Positions 55,332 through 64,000 of a stretch of DNA of 64,000 nt are shown here, piece after piece (within the stretch, counting starts at the first letter, position 1; the number at the start of each line of letters is the position of its first letter). The stretch lies in contig OY776510.1 in the NCBI GenBank assembly GCA_963675665.1, positions 2,016,001 through 2,080,000 on the forward strand, read 5' to 3'. The DNA comes from Spirochaetia bacterium (lineage in GTDB: Bacteria; Spirochaetota; Spirochaetia; UBA9216). A program made the position numbers and the translations under genes. Under the pieces are notes generated by a model. It did no database searches and was not told the origin of the DNA. It was given only the letters and a program-made list of their open reading frames with translations.

Positions 55332-57188
55332 ATGATAATTACTATAAATTCAGGCAGTAAAACTGTTAAAAGCAAAATAGGAATGGGCGAATCACTTCTC
55401 GATGCAATAAACAGGGCCGGTATTGAAGGTTTTGACGCTCCCTGCGGCGGAAAAGGCACATGCGGTAAATGCCGGGTGTCGGTAAGTGCCGATGAGCTGA
55501 AAAATCTCCCGGAGGCAGACAGCACTGAATTAAAGTTGCTGTCTGTTAATGAACTGAACGAAGGCACAAGGCTTGCCTGCAGGGTTTTTCCTTCTACGGA
55601 TGTCTGTATAGCTGTTTCGGCAGCCGGCAGAGAAGCGGTAATTCAGTCTGCCTTTGAAGGTGAGATTGCCGCTGAAATAGCAGCTGACAAACCTGTAGTT
55701 GTCAAACGCTTTATTTCCCTGCCTGAGCCGTCGATAGATGATCAGCGATCTGATCTGAAAAGGCTCTCCGATGAATTATCCCCCGTCACTGTTGGTTTGC
55801 CGATAGACGAACTGCGCCGGCTTCCTTCAGTTCTGAGGAAAAACGGGTACCGGATTACGGTAACTGAAATTCTTGGAAATGCTGTATCGTTTGAAGGCGG
55901 TAATACAACCGAAGAGTCCTGGGCTGTTTCAGTTGATATCGGTACAACGACAGTTGTTGCTTACCTGGTACGACTTGCAGGTGCCGGACGGGGAAAGATT
56001 ATTGATCTTGTCTCGTCTCTGAACAGTCAGAAGGGATACGGCGGGGATGTAATCTCAAGAATCGAGTTTTGCATGCAGAATGAAAAAAATCTTGATGAAT
56101 TGCAGCGGCGTATTACGGGGCAGGTTGCCGAAATGGTCAGAAAACTGTCCGTAAAAAATAATATAAATTTAAAAGACATTAACCTGGTCACTGTCGCCGG
56201 AAACACAACCATGACCCATCTTTTTACCGGGCTGGATCCGTCCGGAATAGCAGCCGCTCCGTTTATCCCGGTTGATACGGGCCTCCTTATTACCGGAGCT
56301 GATGAATTCGGGCTTGGCTTGCCGAACAGCTGCCGTTGTGCTGTTCTTCCGGGAATTGCTTCTTATGTCGGTTCAGACATCACCTCGGGGATTGCCGCTA
56401 CCGGCATGAACAAATCGGATGAACTTTCGCTTTTAATTGATATAGGCACTAACGGAGAGATTGTCCTGGGGGATAAATTCGGGATGACGGCATGTTCAAC
56501 AGCTGCAGGGCCGGCTCTTGAGGGCGCTAACATCAGCTGCGGTATGGGCGGTGTTCCGGGAGCTATAAACAGTCTTTCTGCAACGGAGCAGGGTGATCAG
56601 GAAGTGTTCAGTTTCAGCGTCATCGGTGATGTGTCGCCTTCGGGCATATGCGGTTCGGGTATTGTTGATGCTGTAGCATTGTTTGTGAAAGCCGGTGTTA
56701 TTGATGAAACTGGCCGGATTCTTAAAGATAGTGAACTGCATGATGCAGGGGTGAGTCAGAGCTGGATTAACTGTATTACGGAAAAGGATGACAGCGTTGC
56801 CTTGAAGATCTCTGAAAATATTTTTCTTACCCAGAAGGATATCCGTGAAATTCAGATGGCCAAAGCTGCAATTTCAGCCGGCGTAAAAACTCTTCTCGCC
56901 GAAACCGGAAAGACTGCGGCTGATGTCGGCAAACTTTATATCGCCGGGGGGTTCGGCGCTGCTATGAACAGGAATTCTGCAGCGGTAATAGGGCTGTTTC
57001 CCCCGGAACTTGAAAGTTCAGTCGTAATTTCAGGAAATACAGCAGGTAAGGGGGCAGTACTGGCAGCCCTGTCGGCTGAGGTTATGAATGATATGAAAGA
57101 TATTGCTGAACAGGTCAAGTATATTGAACTTTCAACATCGGTTCTGTTTCAGCAGGAATATATGACGGAGATGTATTTTCATTCGTGA
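55332..57188 (+). CDS. ASKHA-type reductive activator of corrinoid proteins (2Fe-2S + DUF4445, RACo-like)
   Basis: CGGKGTCGKC...RLAC, DIGTTT, YGGDVISRI, DIGTNGE, AAGPALEG, GICGSG, AGGFG. Confidence 0.92.
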   Translation: MIITINSGSKTVKSKIGMGESLLDAINRAGIEGFDAPCGGKGTCGKCRVSVSADELKNLPEADSTELKLLSVNELNEGTRLACRVFPSTDVCIAVSAAGREAVIQSAFEGEIAAEIAADKPVVVKRFISLPEPSIDDQRSDLKRLSDELSPVTVGLPIDELRRLPSVLRKNGYRITVTEILGNAVSFEGGNTTEESWAVSVDIGTTTVVAYLVRLAGAGRGKIIDLVSSLNSQKGYGGDVISRIEFCMQNEKNLDELQRRITGQVAEMVRKLSVKNNINLKDINLVTVAGNTTMTHLFTGLDPSGIAAAPFIPVDTGLLITGADEFGLGLPNSCRCAVLPGIASYVGSDITSGIAATGMNKSDELSLLIDIGTNGEIVLGDKFGMTACSTAAGPALEGANISCGMGGVPGAINSLSATEQGDQEVFSFSVIGDVSPSGICGSGIVDAVALFVKAGVIDETGRILKDSELHDAGVSQSWINCITEKDDSVALKISENIFLTQKDIREIQMAKAAISAGVKTLLAETGKTAADVGKLYIAGGFGAAMNRNSAAVIGLFPPELESSVVISGNTAGKGAVLAALSAEVMNDMKDIAEQVKYIELSTSVLFQQEYMTEMYFHS

Positions 57189-57281
57189 TTTATGTCGTAT
57201 AAAAAAGGGGCTGTCTGATGACAACCCCTGAATATTCAAAAAATTGCAGTCTATGGATGCTGTTTATTGTTTGATTAGCAG

Positions 57282-58376
57282 TTATCTGATTCTTTCTTCG
57301 GTTTCCTTGTTAAAGAAATAGATTTTCTCGGGATTAGGTTTGAAGAAAACTTCCTGATCTACTTTAAAACTTAAGGTAGGAGCTACCTTCGCTATTATAC
57401 TGCTTTGATCTGTTATAAGATGTAGCTGTATTTCCTCTCCAAGCTGTTCAATAACCTCAACCTTTGCCGCAATAGAATTGCTTTTGTTTCCGTCGGGATT
57501 CACTTCAAGATCCTCCGGTCTGACACCCATTATCAGCTGTTTGCCTTCCAGATCCTTAAGGGCGCCCTTGTTTCCTTCAGGAACGTCAATTCTGAACTCA
57601 CCCTCATCGGCAATAAGCTTTCCGCCTTCGTTTTTAATTGTGACGGGCATGAAATTCATCGGAGGAGATCCGATAAAACCGGCAACAAAAAGGTTGTCAG
57701 GATTGTTATATAGCGTTAAGGGACTTCCGATCTGCTTGATGTAACCGTCCTTCATTACTACGATTTTGTCGGCCATGGTCATGGCTTCAATCTGATCATG
57801 GGTAACATATACCATTGTGGCTTTAAGCTTGTTGTGTAGGCCGGATATTTCAGCTCTCATCTGGACTCTCAGTTTGGCATCAAGATTGGACAACGGCTCA
57901 TCAAAGAGAAAAACCTTGGGATGCCGGACAATCGCGCGCCCTACAGCAACACGTTGTCTCTGCCCGCCCGAAAGGGCTTTGGGTTTTCTGTCAAGCAGGT
58001 TTTCTATGCCGAGAATGTCGGCAGCTTCCTTAACCAGTTTGTCAATTTCATCCTTCGGGAATTTTCTGATTTTGAGACCGAAAGCCATATTGTCGTATAC
58101 GGACATATGGGGATAGAGCGCATAGTTTTGAAAAACCATCGCAATATCGCGGTCCTTCGGCGGTACATCGTTGACAATCTTTCCGTCAATTGAAAGTGTT
58201 CCGTCGGAAATCTCTTCAAGTCCGGCAATCATTCTGAGGGTGGTTGATTTTCCGCAGCCTGAAGGCCCGACAAGAACAACAAATTCCTCATCATGAATAT
58301 CGATATTTACACTGTCGACGGCTTTTACATCGCCCGGGTATATCTTTGTAATGTTTTCAAGCTTAACTGTAGCCAT
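57282..58376 (-). CDS. Multiple-sugar ABC ATPase (MsmX/MsmK/UgpC type)
   Basis: GPSGCGKST, FQNYALYPHM, LSGGQRQR, FIGSPPMN, TOBE tail. Confidence 0.95.
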   Translation of the reverse strand: MATVKLENITKIYPGDVKAVDSVNIDIHDEEFVVLVGPSGCGKSTTLRMIAGLEEISDGTLSIDGKIVNDVPPKDRDIAMVFQNYALYPHMSVYDNMAFGLKIRKFPKDEIDKLVKEAADILGIENLLDRKPKALSGGQRQRVAVGRAIVRHPKVFLFDEPLSNLDAKLRVQMRAEISGLHNKLKATMVYVTHDQIEAMTMADKIVVMKDGYIKQIGSPLTLYNNPDNLFVAGFIGSPPMNFMPVTIKNEGGKLIADEGEFRIDVPEGNKGALKDLEGKQLIMGVRPEDLEVNPDGNKSNSIAAKVEVIEQLGEEIQLHLITDQSSIIAKVAPTLSFKVDQEVFFKPNPEKIYFFNKETEERIR

Positions 58377-58547
58377 TTATTCCTCCTGTTATTTTCTAAG
58401 GATAACATTGTTTAATTCACATGTCAAACAAAAATGATACAATGCTGCAACAAAAGTAAAACAATCCAGATTTTATCTTGAAACAAGTTCAAGTCAATTT
58501 ACTTGCGTGCAGAGCTTCAATAATATATTATTGGTAGCGGAGCAAAG

Positions 58548-59651
58548 ATGAAAGAACTTCTTTATTTGAAGATATTTAACAGTATTCGTGAGGATATTGA
58601 AAAAGGAACTCTTCCTGAGGAAAGCAGGCTTGACGGTGTACGAGAGCTGGCCAAACACTGGGATACAAGTCCGAACACTGTGCTTAAAGCCCTTGATGAG
58701 CTTGAAGCCCGGGGGTATATAAGAAAAACCAGGGGGCAGGGCATATTTGTTAAACAGTTGAAGAAACTTTCCGGTTCCGGGCAAGACGTCCGGATGCTTG
58801 ATCTTGTTCTGTATGATCTTGATGTCCCCTTCAACAGAATGCTGGTCGCAGCCGTCGAAAAAGCTGCGGCTGATTTTGGATTTACAATTACTGTTAAAAC
58901 TAAACCTTCATCCGGAATGCTGCCCGGAGATTCTCCGGCTATCTTTGTGCCGGCCGCCGCTCCTGATTTTTACAGCCCTGATCTGAATTTGTCCGCCGGT
59001 AACGGGCGTGCTGTTCCCGTGATTTATACGGGAGAGTTCAATCCTCCGGGAGATTTCCCGTTTAGTTATGCGGTTGCCGACACATACGGCGGTTTTTACA
59101 GGGCGGCTGAAATTCTGCTGGCCGGCAAACGTGAGCGAATTGCCTATATCGGAGCCTCGGATGATCTGAAAAAAGAAGCCGGATGGAATGCGTGCCGGGA
59201 TGTCCTCGCAGGCAGCCGGGCCGGATTTAACCGTGAGTATGCGGTTTCAGCGAGAGGATGGGATGCGGACAAGGGCCGTGAGGCAATGGAGAAAATTCTT
59301 CTTAACGGAGAATTTCCCGACGGCCTGGTATGCTGTAATGATAATCTGGCTGCCGGCGCTTTAAAAGCCTGCAGGTTAGCAGGCCTGGCGGTTCCAGATG
59401 ATATTGCAGTAATAGGCGCAGGTGACGGTGAACTGGCATCCCTGCTTTCGCCGCCGCTGACCAGCCTGAAACTGCCTGCCTTGTCCCTGGGATTCACTGC
59501 TGTCAGTTATATCGACGCAGTTCTCTCAGGGAGGGTGAGCGAACCGTTCCGTATGAGGCTGGATATGGAGCTTGTTGTCCGCGAATCAAGCTCTTCATCA
59601 GATGATACAGAAGATGTTGCAGGGTTAAACGGCGCCGGTATCTGGCTTTAG
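58548..59651 (+). CDS. GntR-HTH / LacI-sensor regulator (AraR-like architecture)
   Basis: N-terminal wHTH (RELA...SPNTVLKAL...GQGIFV) and C-terminal VPDDIAVIG, PPLTS, LVVRES. Confidence 0.85.
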   Translation: MKELLYLKIFNSIREDIEKGTLPEESRLDGVRELAKHWDTSPNTVLKALDELEARGYIRKTRGQGIFVKQLKKLSGSGQDVRMLDLVLYDLDVPFNRMLVAAVEKAAADFGFTITVKTKPSSGMLPGDSPAIFVPAAAPDFYSPDLNLSAGNGRAVPVIYTGEFNPPGDFPFSYAVADTYGGFYRAAEILLAGKRERIAYIGASDDLKKEAGWNACRDVLAGSRAGFNREYAVSARGWDADKGREAMEKILLNGEFPDGLVCCNDNLAAGALKACRLAGLAVPDDIAVIGAGDGELASLLSPPLTSLKLPALSLGFTAVSYIDAVLSGRVSEPFRMRLDMELVVRESSSSSDDTEDVAGLNGAGIWL

Positions 59652-59658
59652 GTATTAT

Positions 59659-60201
59659 TTACTGCTGCAGTGCCGCCAGCGGATTATGGGAATGAACCCT
59701 GTCTTTTACGGCAAGAACGGTAAATGGTTTCTCGATGTATTTATGAAAAAGGATATCATGTCCGAGGCATAACCCCATTTCAATAACAAGTTCGGCACGG
59801 CTTTTATTTACTGCTCCGGCCTGGCCTATCGGGTTGCAGTTAACTCCGCCTTTCATTGAATCACTGATATCGGTTTCCCTGATGCCGTTTACCGTGCACC
59901 TGAATGAAAGAACCTTGAACCCGGCTTCAGTAAGCATTTTTTTCAGTATAACAGCTTCTTTTTCCATGGAAAAACAATAAGCAATACCGATGTATTTGTA
60001 ACCCTGAAGCTTTGAAAACTCGATCACTTCATCAACTCTGGAAAGTGTACCCGCTCGGCCTCCTGCAACAAGCTTGTCTGCGTTTTCATAGAGCGGAACT
60101 GCCCCGCTTGCCTTGTATTCGGCTGCAACGGCATCATGCGCGCCGTTGCAGTCCTTTCCGCTCAGTTTACAGTCCTTGTTAATACAGTTCAGGCAATTCA
60201 A
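59659..60201 (-). CDS. DUF1847-like Cys-rich metal-binding protein
   Basis: CLNC...C, IGIAYC, CNPIGQA, GLCLGHD, KDRV..HNP. Confidence 0.8.
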   Translation of the reverse strand: MNCLNCINKDCKLSGKDCNGAHDAVAAEYKASGAVPLYENADKLVAGGRAGTLSRVDEVIEFSKLQGYKYIGIAYCFSMEKEAVILKKMLTEAGFKVLSFRCTVNGIRETDISDSMKGGVNCNPIGQAGAVNKSRAELVIEMGLCLGHDILFHKYIEKPFTVLAVKDRVHSHNPLAALQQ

Positions 60202-61991
60202 AGCAGCTTCTCCAACTCCGCCGTAAGCTCACGGAAACGCTTTATTGCGGCTTTAACCGGTTCGGGGGTGCTCATGTCGACGCCGGCGGCGGCAAGCGAT
60301 TCAAGCGGATATTTTGACCCGCCCGATTTAAGGAACTCAAGGTATCTGTCACGATCCTTTTCTGTTCCGTTTAAAACCCCGGAGGAAAGCGCTATTGCGG
60401 CGGCCAGGCCTGTAGAATACTTGTAAACATAAAAGGCCCTGTAAAAATGCGGTATCCTCAAACCTTCAAGATCGCTTTCTTCAAAAAGCTCAACATTCGG
60501 TCCGAAGTATTTTTCAAGAAGCCCCCGGTACAGTTTTCGTATTGATTCGACAGACAGCGGCCTGCCTTCTTCAACCATTTTATGAGAAAGATGTTCAAAT
60601 TCTGCAAACATCGTCTGCCTGAAGATCGTGGCGATTATATCATCAACCTGTTTGCCGATTAAATAAGCCTTCATTGAATTTGTCCCGGCATTTTCAAAAA
60701 GATATTTTGCCAGAAGCTGTTCATTGAAGGTCGACGCCACCTCAGCTTCAAATATAGTATAGTTATAATGCTGGAAGGGATTATTTCGCACGGAGAACCA
60801 TGAGTGCATGGAATGCCCGCCTTCATGCGCCAGAGTGAAAACATCACGGAGTACATCTTCCTTATAATTCATGAGAATGTACGGGTTCCCTGCATAACTG
60901 CCCGCAGAGAAAGCTCCCGAACGTTTGCCTTTATTTTCGTAACGGTCTACCCACCCTCCTGTAAGACCTTCACGCAGGGTTGAGCAGTAGGCAGCACCTA
61001 GAGGTTTGAGAGCATTCAGTATTACCTCTACTGCTTCATTGTATGTATGCTTAACCTTTACATCCTTTACAAGCGGGGCATAGACGTCATAGTGTGCAAG
61101 TTTATCAACCCCGAGGGCTTTTCGTCTCAGTTCATAGTAATCATGCAGCGCCGGAAGGTTTTCTCCTATAGTGTTAATAAGATTGTCATAAACATTTTCT
61201 TCAACTTTGTCGGAAAAGAGCGCTGCTGCCCGCGACGACTCGTATTTTCGTACTTTCGACTTATAAACATCAAGGTGGACGCTTCCGGCGTAAAGAGACG
61301 CCAGAGTGTTCTTGTGAGATTCAAATCCGGCGTAAAACTTCAGGTACGCCTTTTTCCGGATTTCACGGTCGGGATTAATCAGAAAAGAGGCGAAGGTGGA
61401 TTGTGTAAGGGGCATTTCACCGTCGGGTGTTTGTATCATACCGAAATCCAGGTCGACATTCGTCAATGCGGAAAATGTTTTATTCGCTGTCTGGTTGGCT
61501 TCGGCCTGCATTGCAAGCAGCCTTTCTTCGTTTTCCGACAGTATGTGGGGCTTGAAACGGAGAATTTTTCGAAGCATTATTCCGTATTCCGACAGTGTTT
61601 CATCAGCGAGAAATTCTTTCATTGTTTCATCAGCGATTGCCTGGATCTCCGGAGTCTGCCAGCTTGATTCAGCCGAAACTTTTGTCGCTGTCGACATGTA
61701 GCGGGCAAAACGTTCCTGGCCTGATGGGTTTCCTTCATCTTCATTTAATCGAAGATGAGCGTAGTACCCAAGCCTCTCGTCAAGAAGTTCTATTTCAATC
61801 ATATAATCAAGACAGGCTTTCAGCGAAGCTGCCGATTCACCGAGAGTGCCCTTGAATTTTGCAATTCCGGATATTTTTGATTCAAGATCTTTCAGCCCCT
61901 TCTCCCATGCTTCTTCAGCGGGATAAAGTCCGGACAGGTCCCATTTGTCCTCAGGTTTAACGTCCCTGCGTTCCGGTATTTTATTCATCAA
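60198..61991 (-). CDS. pepF: Oligoendopeptidase F
   Basis: KWDLS, GKRSGAFS, HEGGHSMH, AEVAS, HFY..FYVYKY. Confidence 0.95.
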   Translation of the reverse strand: MMNKIPERRDVKPEDKWDLSGLYPAEEAWEKGLKDLESKISGIAKFKGTLGESAASLKACLDYMIEIELLDERLGYYAHLRLNEDEGNPSGQERFARYMSTATKVSAESSWQTPEIQAIADETMKEFLADETLSEYGIMLRKILRFKPHILSENEERLLAMQAEANQTANKTFSALTNVDLDFGMIQTPDGEMPLTQSTFASFLINPDREIRKKAYLKFYAGFESHKNTLASLYAGSVHLDVYKSKVRKYESSRAAALFSDKVEENVYDNLINTIGENLPALHDYYELRRKALGVDKLAHYDVYAPLVKDVKVKHTYNEAVEVILNALKPLGAAYCSTLREGLTGGWVDRYENKGKRSGAFSAGSYAGNPYILMNYKEDVLRDVFTLAHEGGHSMHSWFSVRNNPFQHYNYTIFEAEVASTFNEQLLAKYLFENAGTNSMKAYLIGKQVDDIIATIFRQTMFAEFEHLSHKMVEEGRPLSVESIRKLYRGLLEKYFGPNVELFEESDLEGLRIPHFYRAFYVYKYSTGLAAAIALSSGVLNGTEKDRDRYLEFLKSGGSKYPLESLAAAGVDMSTPEPVKAAIKRFRELTAELEKLL

Positions 61992-62595
61992 GTGCTCCTT
62001 TCAGCAGAAGGCCCATTCTTGCGGCAGCCCTGCCTCTGTGTGATATCAGGTTTTTTTCTTCATCCGACAGTTCTGCGACTGTTTTACCATATTCAGGCAG
62101 GAAGAAGACAGGATCGTAACCGAACCCCCCGGCTCCGAACGGTTCTTCAGCGATGTATCCTTTCATTGTCTCCTGTACAGTGTACACCCTGTAGTCATCG
62201 ACTATTACCGACATGCAGCATACAAACATTGCTACCCGTTCTTCGGGTCCTGAAAGGTGTTTCATGTTAGACAGCAGAAAGCTGTTGCGCTCGCCGCTTT
62301 CAAGGTCAGGTCCCGAACCGTTACTGCCGTAGCGGGCTGAAAAGATCCCGGGCGCGCCGTCAAGCCCTGTGACGCAGAGCCCTGAATCATCTGCAATTAC
62401 TGCTTTTCCCGTCTGGCCGTACAGGGTGCGCGCTTTAAGCAGCGAGTTTTCAAGAAAGGTGCTGCCGTTTTCTTCGCAGTCGAAATCAATGCCCAGATCA
62501 GCGGGTGTCAGCAGATTGACTTCCTTAAGGATCTGCTGCAGTTCAATTTTTTTATGCTGGTTGTTTGTGGCAAGTACGAATTCAGGTTTGTTCAT
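61981..62595 (-). CDS. rdgB: Non-canonical purine NTP pyrophosphatase (RdgB/HAM1)
   Basis: ATNNQHK, ADDSGL, PGIFSAR, GFGYDPVF, KNLISHR. Confidence 0.95.
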   Translation of the reverse strand: MNKPEFVLATNNQHKKIELQQILKEVNLLTPADLGIDFDCEENGSTFLENSLLKARTLYGQTGKAVIADDSGLCVTGLDGAPGIFSARYGSNGSGPDLESGERNSFLLSNMKHLSGPEERVAMFVCCMSVIVDDYRVYTVQETMKGYIAEEPFGAGGFGYDPVFFLPEYGKTVAELSDEEKNLISHRGRAAARMGLLLKGALDE

Positions 62596-62675
62596 AGGCT
62601 CTATTATTCCAGTAAACCCGACTTGATTCAATAGTCTCGTTGACAGCAAAGCGGTGTTATTGGTATGATCGGCGC

Positions 62676-63122
62676 ATGACTGATAAAGATTGTATATTCT
62701 GCAAAATATTGAGAAAAGAAATCCCGTCTACCGTTATCTATGAAGATGAACTTGTTATGGCGTTTATGGATGTGATGCCGGTGAACCCCGGGCATGTGCT
62801 GATAATACCCAAAGAACATCAGCAGTATATTTCAGACGTGAGCCCTGAAGCTGCAGCCCGTATGTTTGAGGTAGCGAGAAATATAAATACGGCAACCCGG
62901 AAAAGCGCCGCCGAAAACGGGATAAAATGCGACGCATTGAATTTTCTGCTGTCCGACGGCCCCGCTGCTTCACAGGAAGTGTTTCACAGTCATCTTCACA
63001 GTATTCCCAGGTATGAAGGCGACGGCGTCCGTTTTCATTATCCGAACAAAACCGGAAAAATGGCGCCTGCTGAAGAGCTTGCCGCTGCGGCGGAAGAGAT
63101 AATGAAGTATCTTCAAATCTGA
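62676..63122 (+). CDS. HIT-family hydrolase
   Basis: DCIFCKI, PGHVLIIPKEH, QEVFHSHLH. Confidence 0.92.
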   Translation: MTDKDCIFCKILRKEIPSTVIYEDELVMAFMDVMPVNPGHVLIIPKEHQQYISDVSPEAAARMFEVARNINTATRKSAAENGIKCDALNFLLSDGPAASQEVFHSHLHSIPRYEGDGVRFHYPNKTGKMAPAEELAAAAEEIMKYLQI

Positions 63123-64000
63123 AATACTTCGGCAAAGATGTTTTTCAGCTTTTCTGCAATTTCATGACGGCTTCCCTGCCATTCAAGTCCTGCCGCCCTT
63201 GTATGGCCGCCTCCGCCGAAGGTCGCGGCTATTCTGCCTACGTCTATATCATGAAGGCTGCGAAGGCTGACCGAGCATGTGCTTTCGGTTTCCTCCCTGA
63301 TAAAAATGACGGCTTCACAGTTTTTTACCGCCAGAAGCTGGCTGTAGATTGTGTCCGAGTCGCGGTTTTCGGGCCCGAACCTTTCTTTTTCCTCAAGAGA
63401 TTCATATATAAGGATGCAACGGCCTTCGAACAGAGGTTCGGCACGGGACAGCACTCTTCCGGTAAGGATTTTGCTGTCAAGAGCCCTTCCTCCGTACATC
63501 CTGTAATAAAGATCTTTCAGGGATATTCCGTATCTTAGCAGTTCAGAGGCGAGCTGCATGCTCATGCTGTTGCTGCTGTCGAGATGACGGAAATAGCCCG
63601 TGTCAGTCAGAAAGCCGAACATTAGATCTTCGGCCTGTGCAGGTGTCGGTTCGATGCCGAGTTTCTTGAAAAGCTGGTAAATCATTATTGTAGTTGAAGG
63701 TGCTGCGCCGTTGATGAACGAAACATCTCCGAAAGGCTGGCCTGATGCATGATGATCAATTACTGCAACGGGCAGTCCCTTAATCCCGGAGGCAAAGGTT
63801 TCTCCGATGCGTTCCGGGGTGGAACAGTCAACAATAATGACTGCGGTTGCCGCTGAATACCTGCCTGATGAAGGTTCCCCTGTTTCTGAAATGGATTTGA
63901 TAAAAAGATGTTCAATTTCCTTTGTTTCAGGTCTTATAAAAGGACCTGGAGAGCAAAGCGTTGTGTTTTTCCCGATTTGCACAAGCATGGAGGCCAGGGC
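63113..64000 (-). CDS. nrnA: DHH/DHHA1 phosphoesterase (NrnA-like), 5' end outside the window
   Basis: IDHH, TDTG.F, SLRS, GGGGH..AAG; the N-terminal DxD motif is missing because the frame runs off the edge. Confidence 0.85.
   Translation of the reverse strand, partial: ALASMLVQIGKNTTLCSPGPFIRPETKEIEHLFIKSISETGEPSSGRYSAATAVIIVDCSTPERIGETFASGIKGLPVAVIDHHASGQPFGDVSFINGAAPSTTIMIYQLFKKLGIEPTPAQAEDLMFGFLTDTGYFRHLDSSNSMSMQLASELLRYGISLKDLYYRMYGGRALDSKILTGRVLSRAEPLFEGRCILIYESLEEKERFGPENRDSDTIYSQLLAVKNCEAVIFIREETESTCSVSLRSLHDIDVGRIAATFGGGGHTRAAGLEWQGSRHEIAEKLKNIFAEVFQI

Noticed and set aside
1-64000. CRISPR array, prophage, rRNA or selenoprotein UGA read-through
   Set aside because: No regularly spaced repeats, phage genes or rRNA seen. 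The TGA stops I inspected fall at natural domain ends, though this was not an exhaustive scan.

Overview
Bacterial chromosomal window, probably from an anaerobic spirochaete. This is inferred from solute-binding proteins with 'FAGGQQE/WASGDQE'-type N-termini and from GGCACCTCT/GACTTCT-type palindromes. Main contents: (1) tRNA-Sec, a SerA-like dehydrogenase, a PLP enzyme and a 7TM-DISM adenylate cyclase; (2) an AT-rich sugar-catabolism block (GH12, two ABC transporters, GH1, cupins, kinase, epimerases/isomerases) with an N-terminally extended LacI regulator and a composite operator repeated three times; (3) a regulon of about 22 kb with two glycyl-radical enzymes (YbiW-like and PflD-like), one activase, two ROK-type kinases, an ABC transporter and two YciT-like DeoR regulators; (4) inside it, an intact IS110/IS1111-type element nested in a TATA-flanked MITE, whose 3' non-coding end reads as a bridge RNA with guides matching its own target, donor and recombinant junctions around a CT core; (5) a PocR-AraC / cobalamin riboswitch / corrinoid methyltransferase cluster; (6) housekeeping genes (MsmX-like ATPase, pepF, rdgB, HIT, DHH). 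All calls come from reading motifs by eye; no searches were run.
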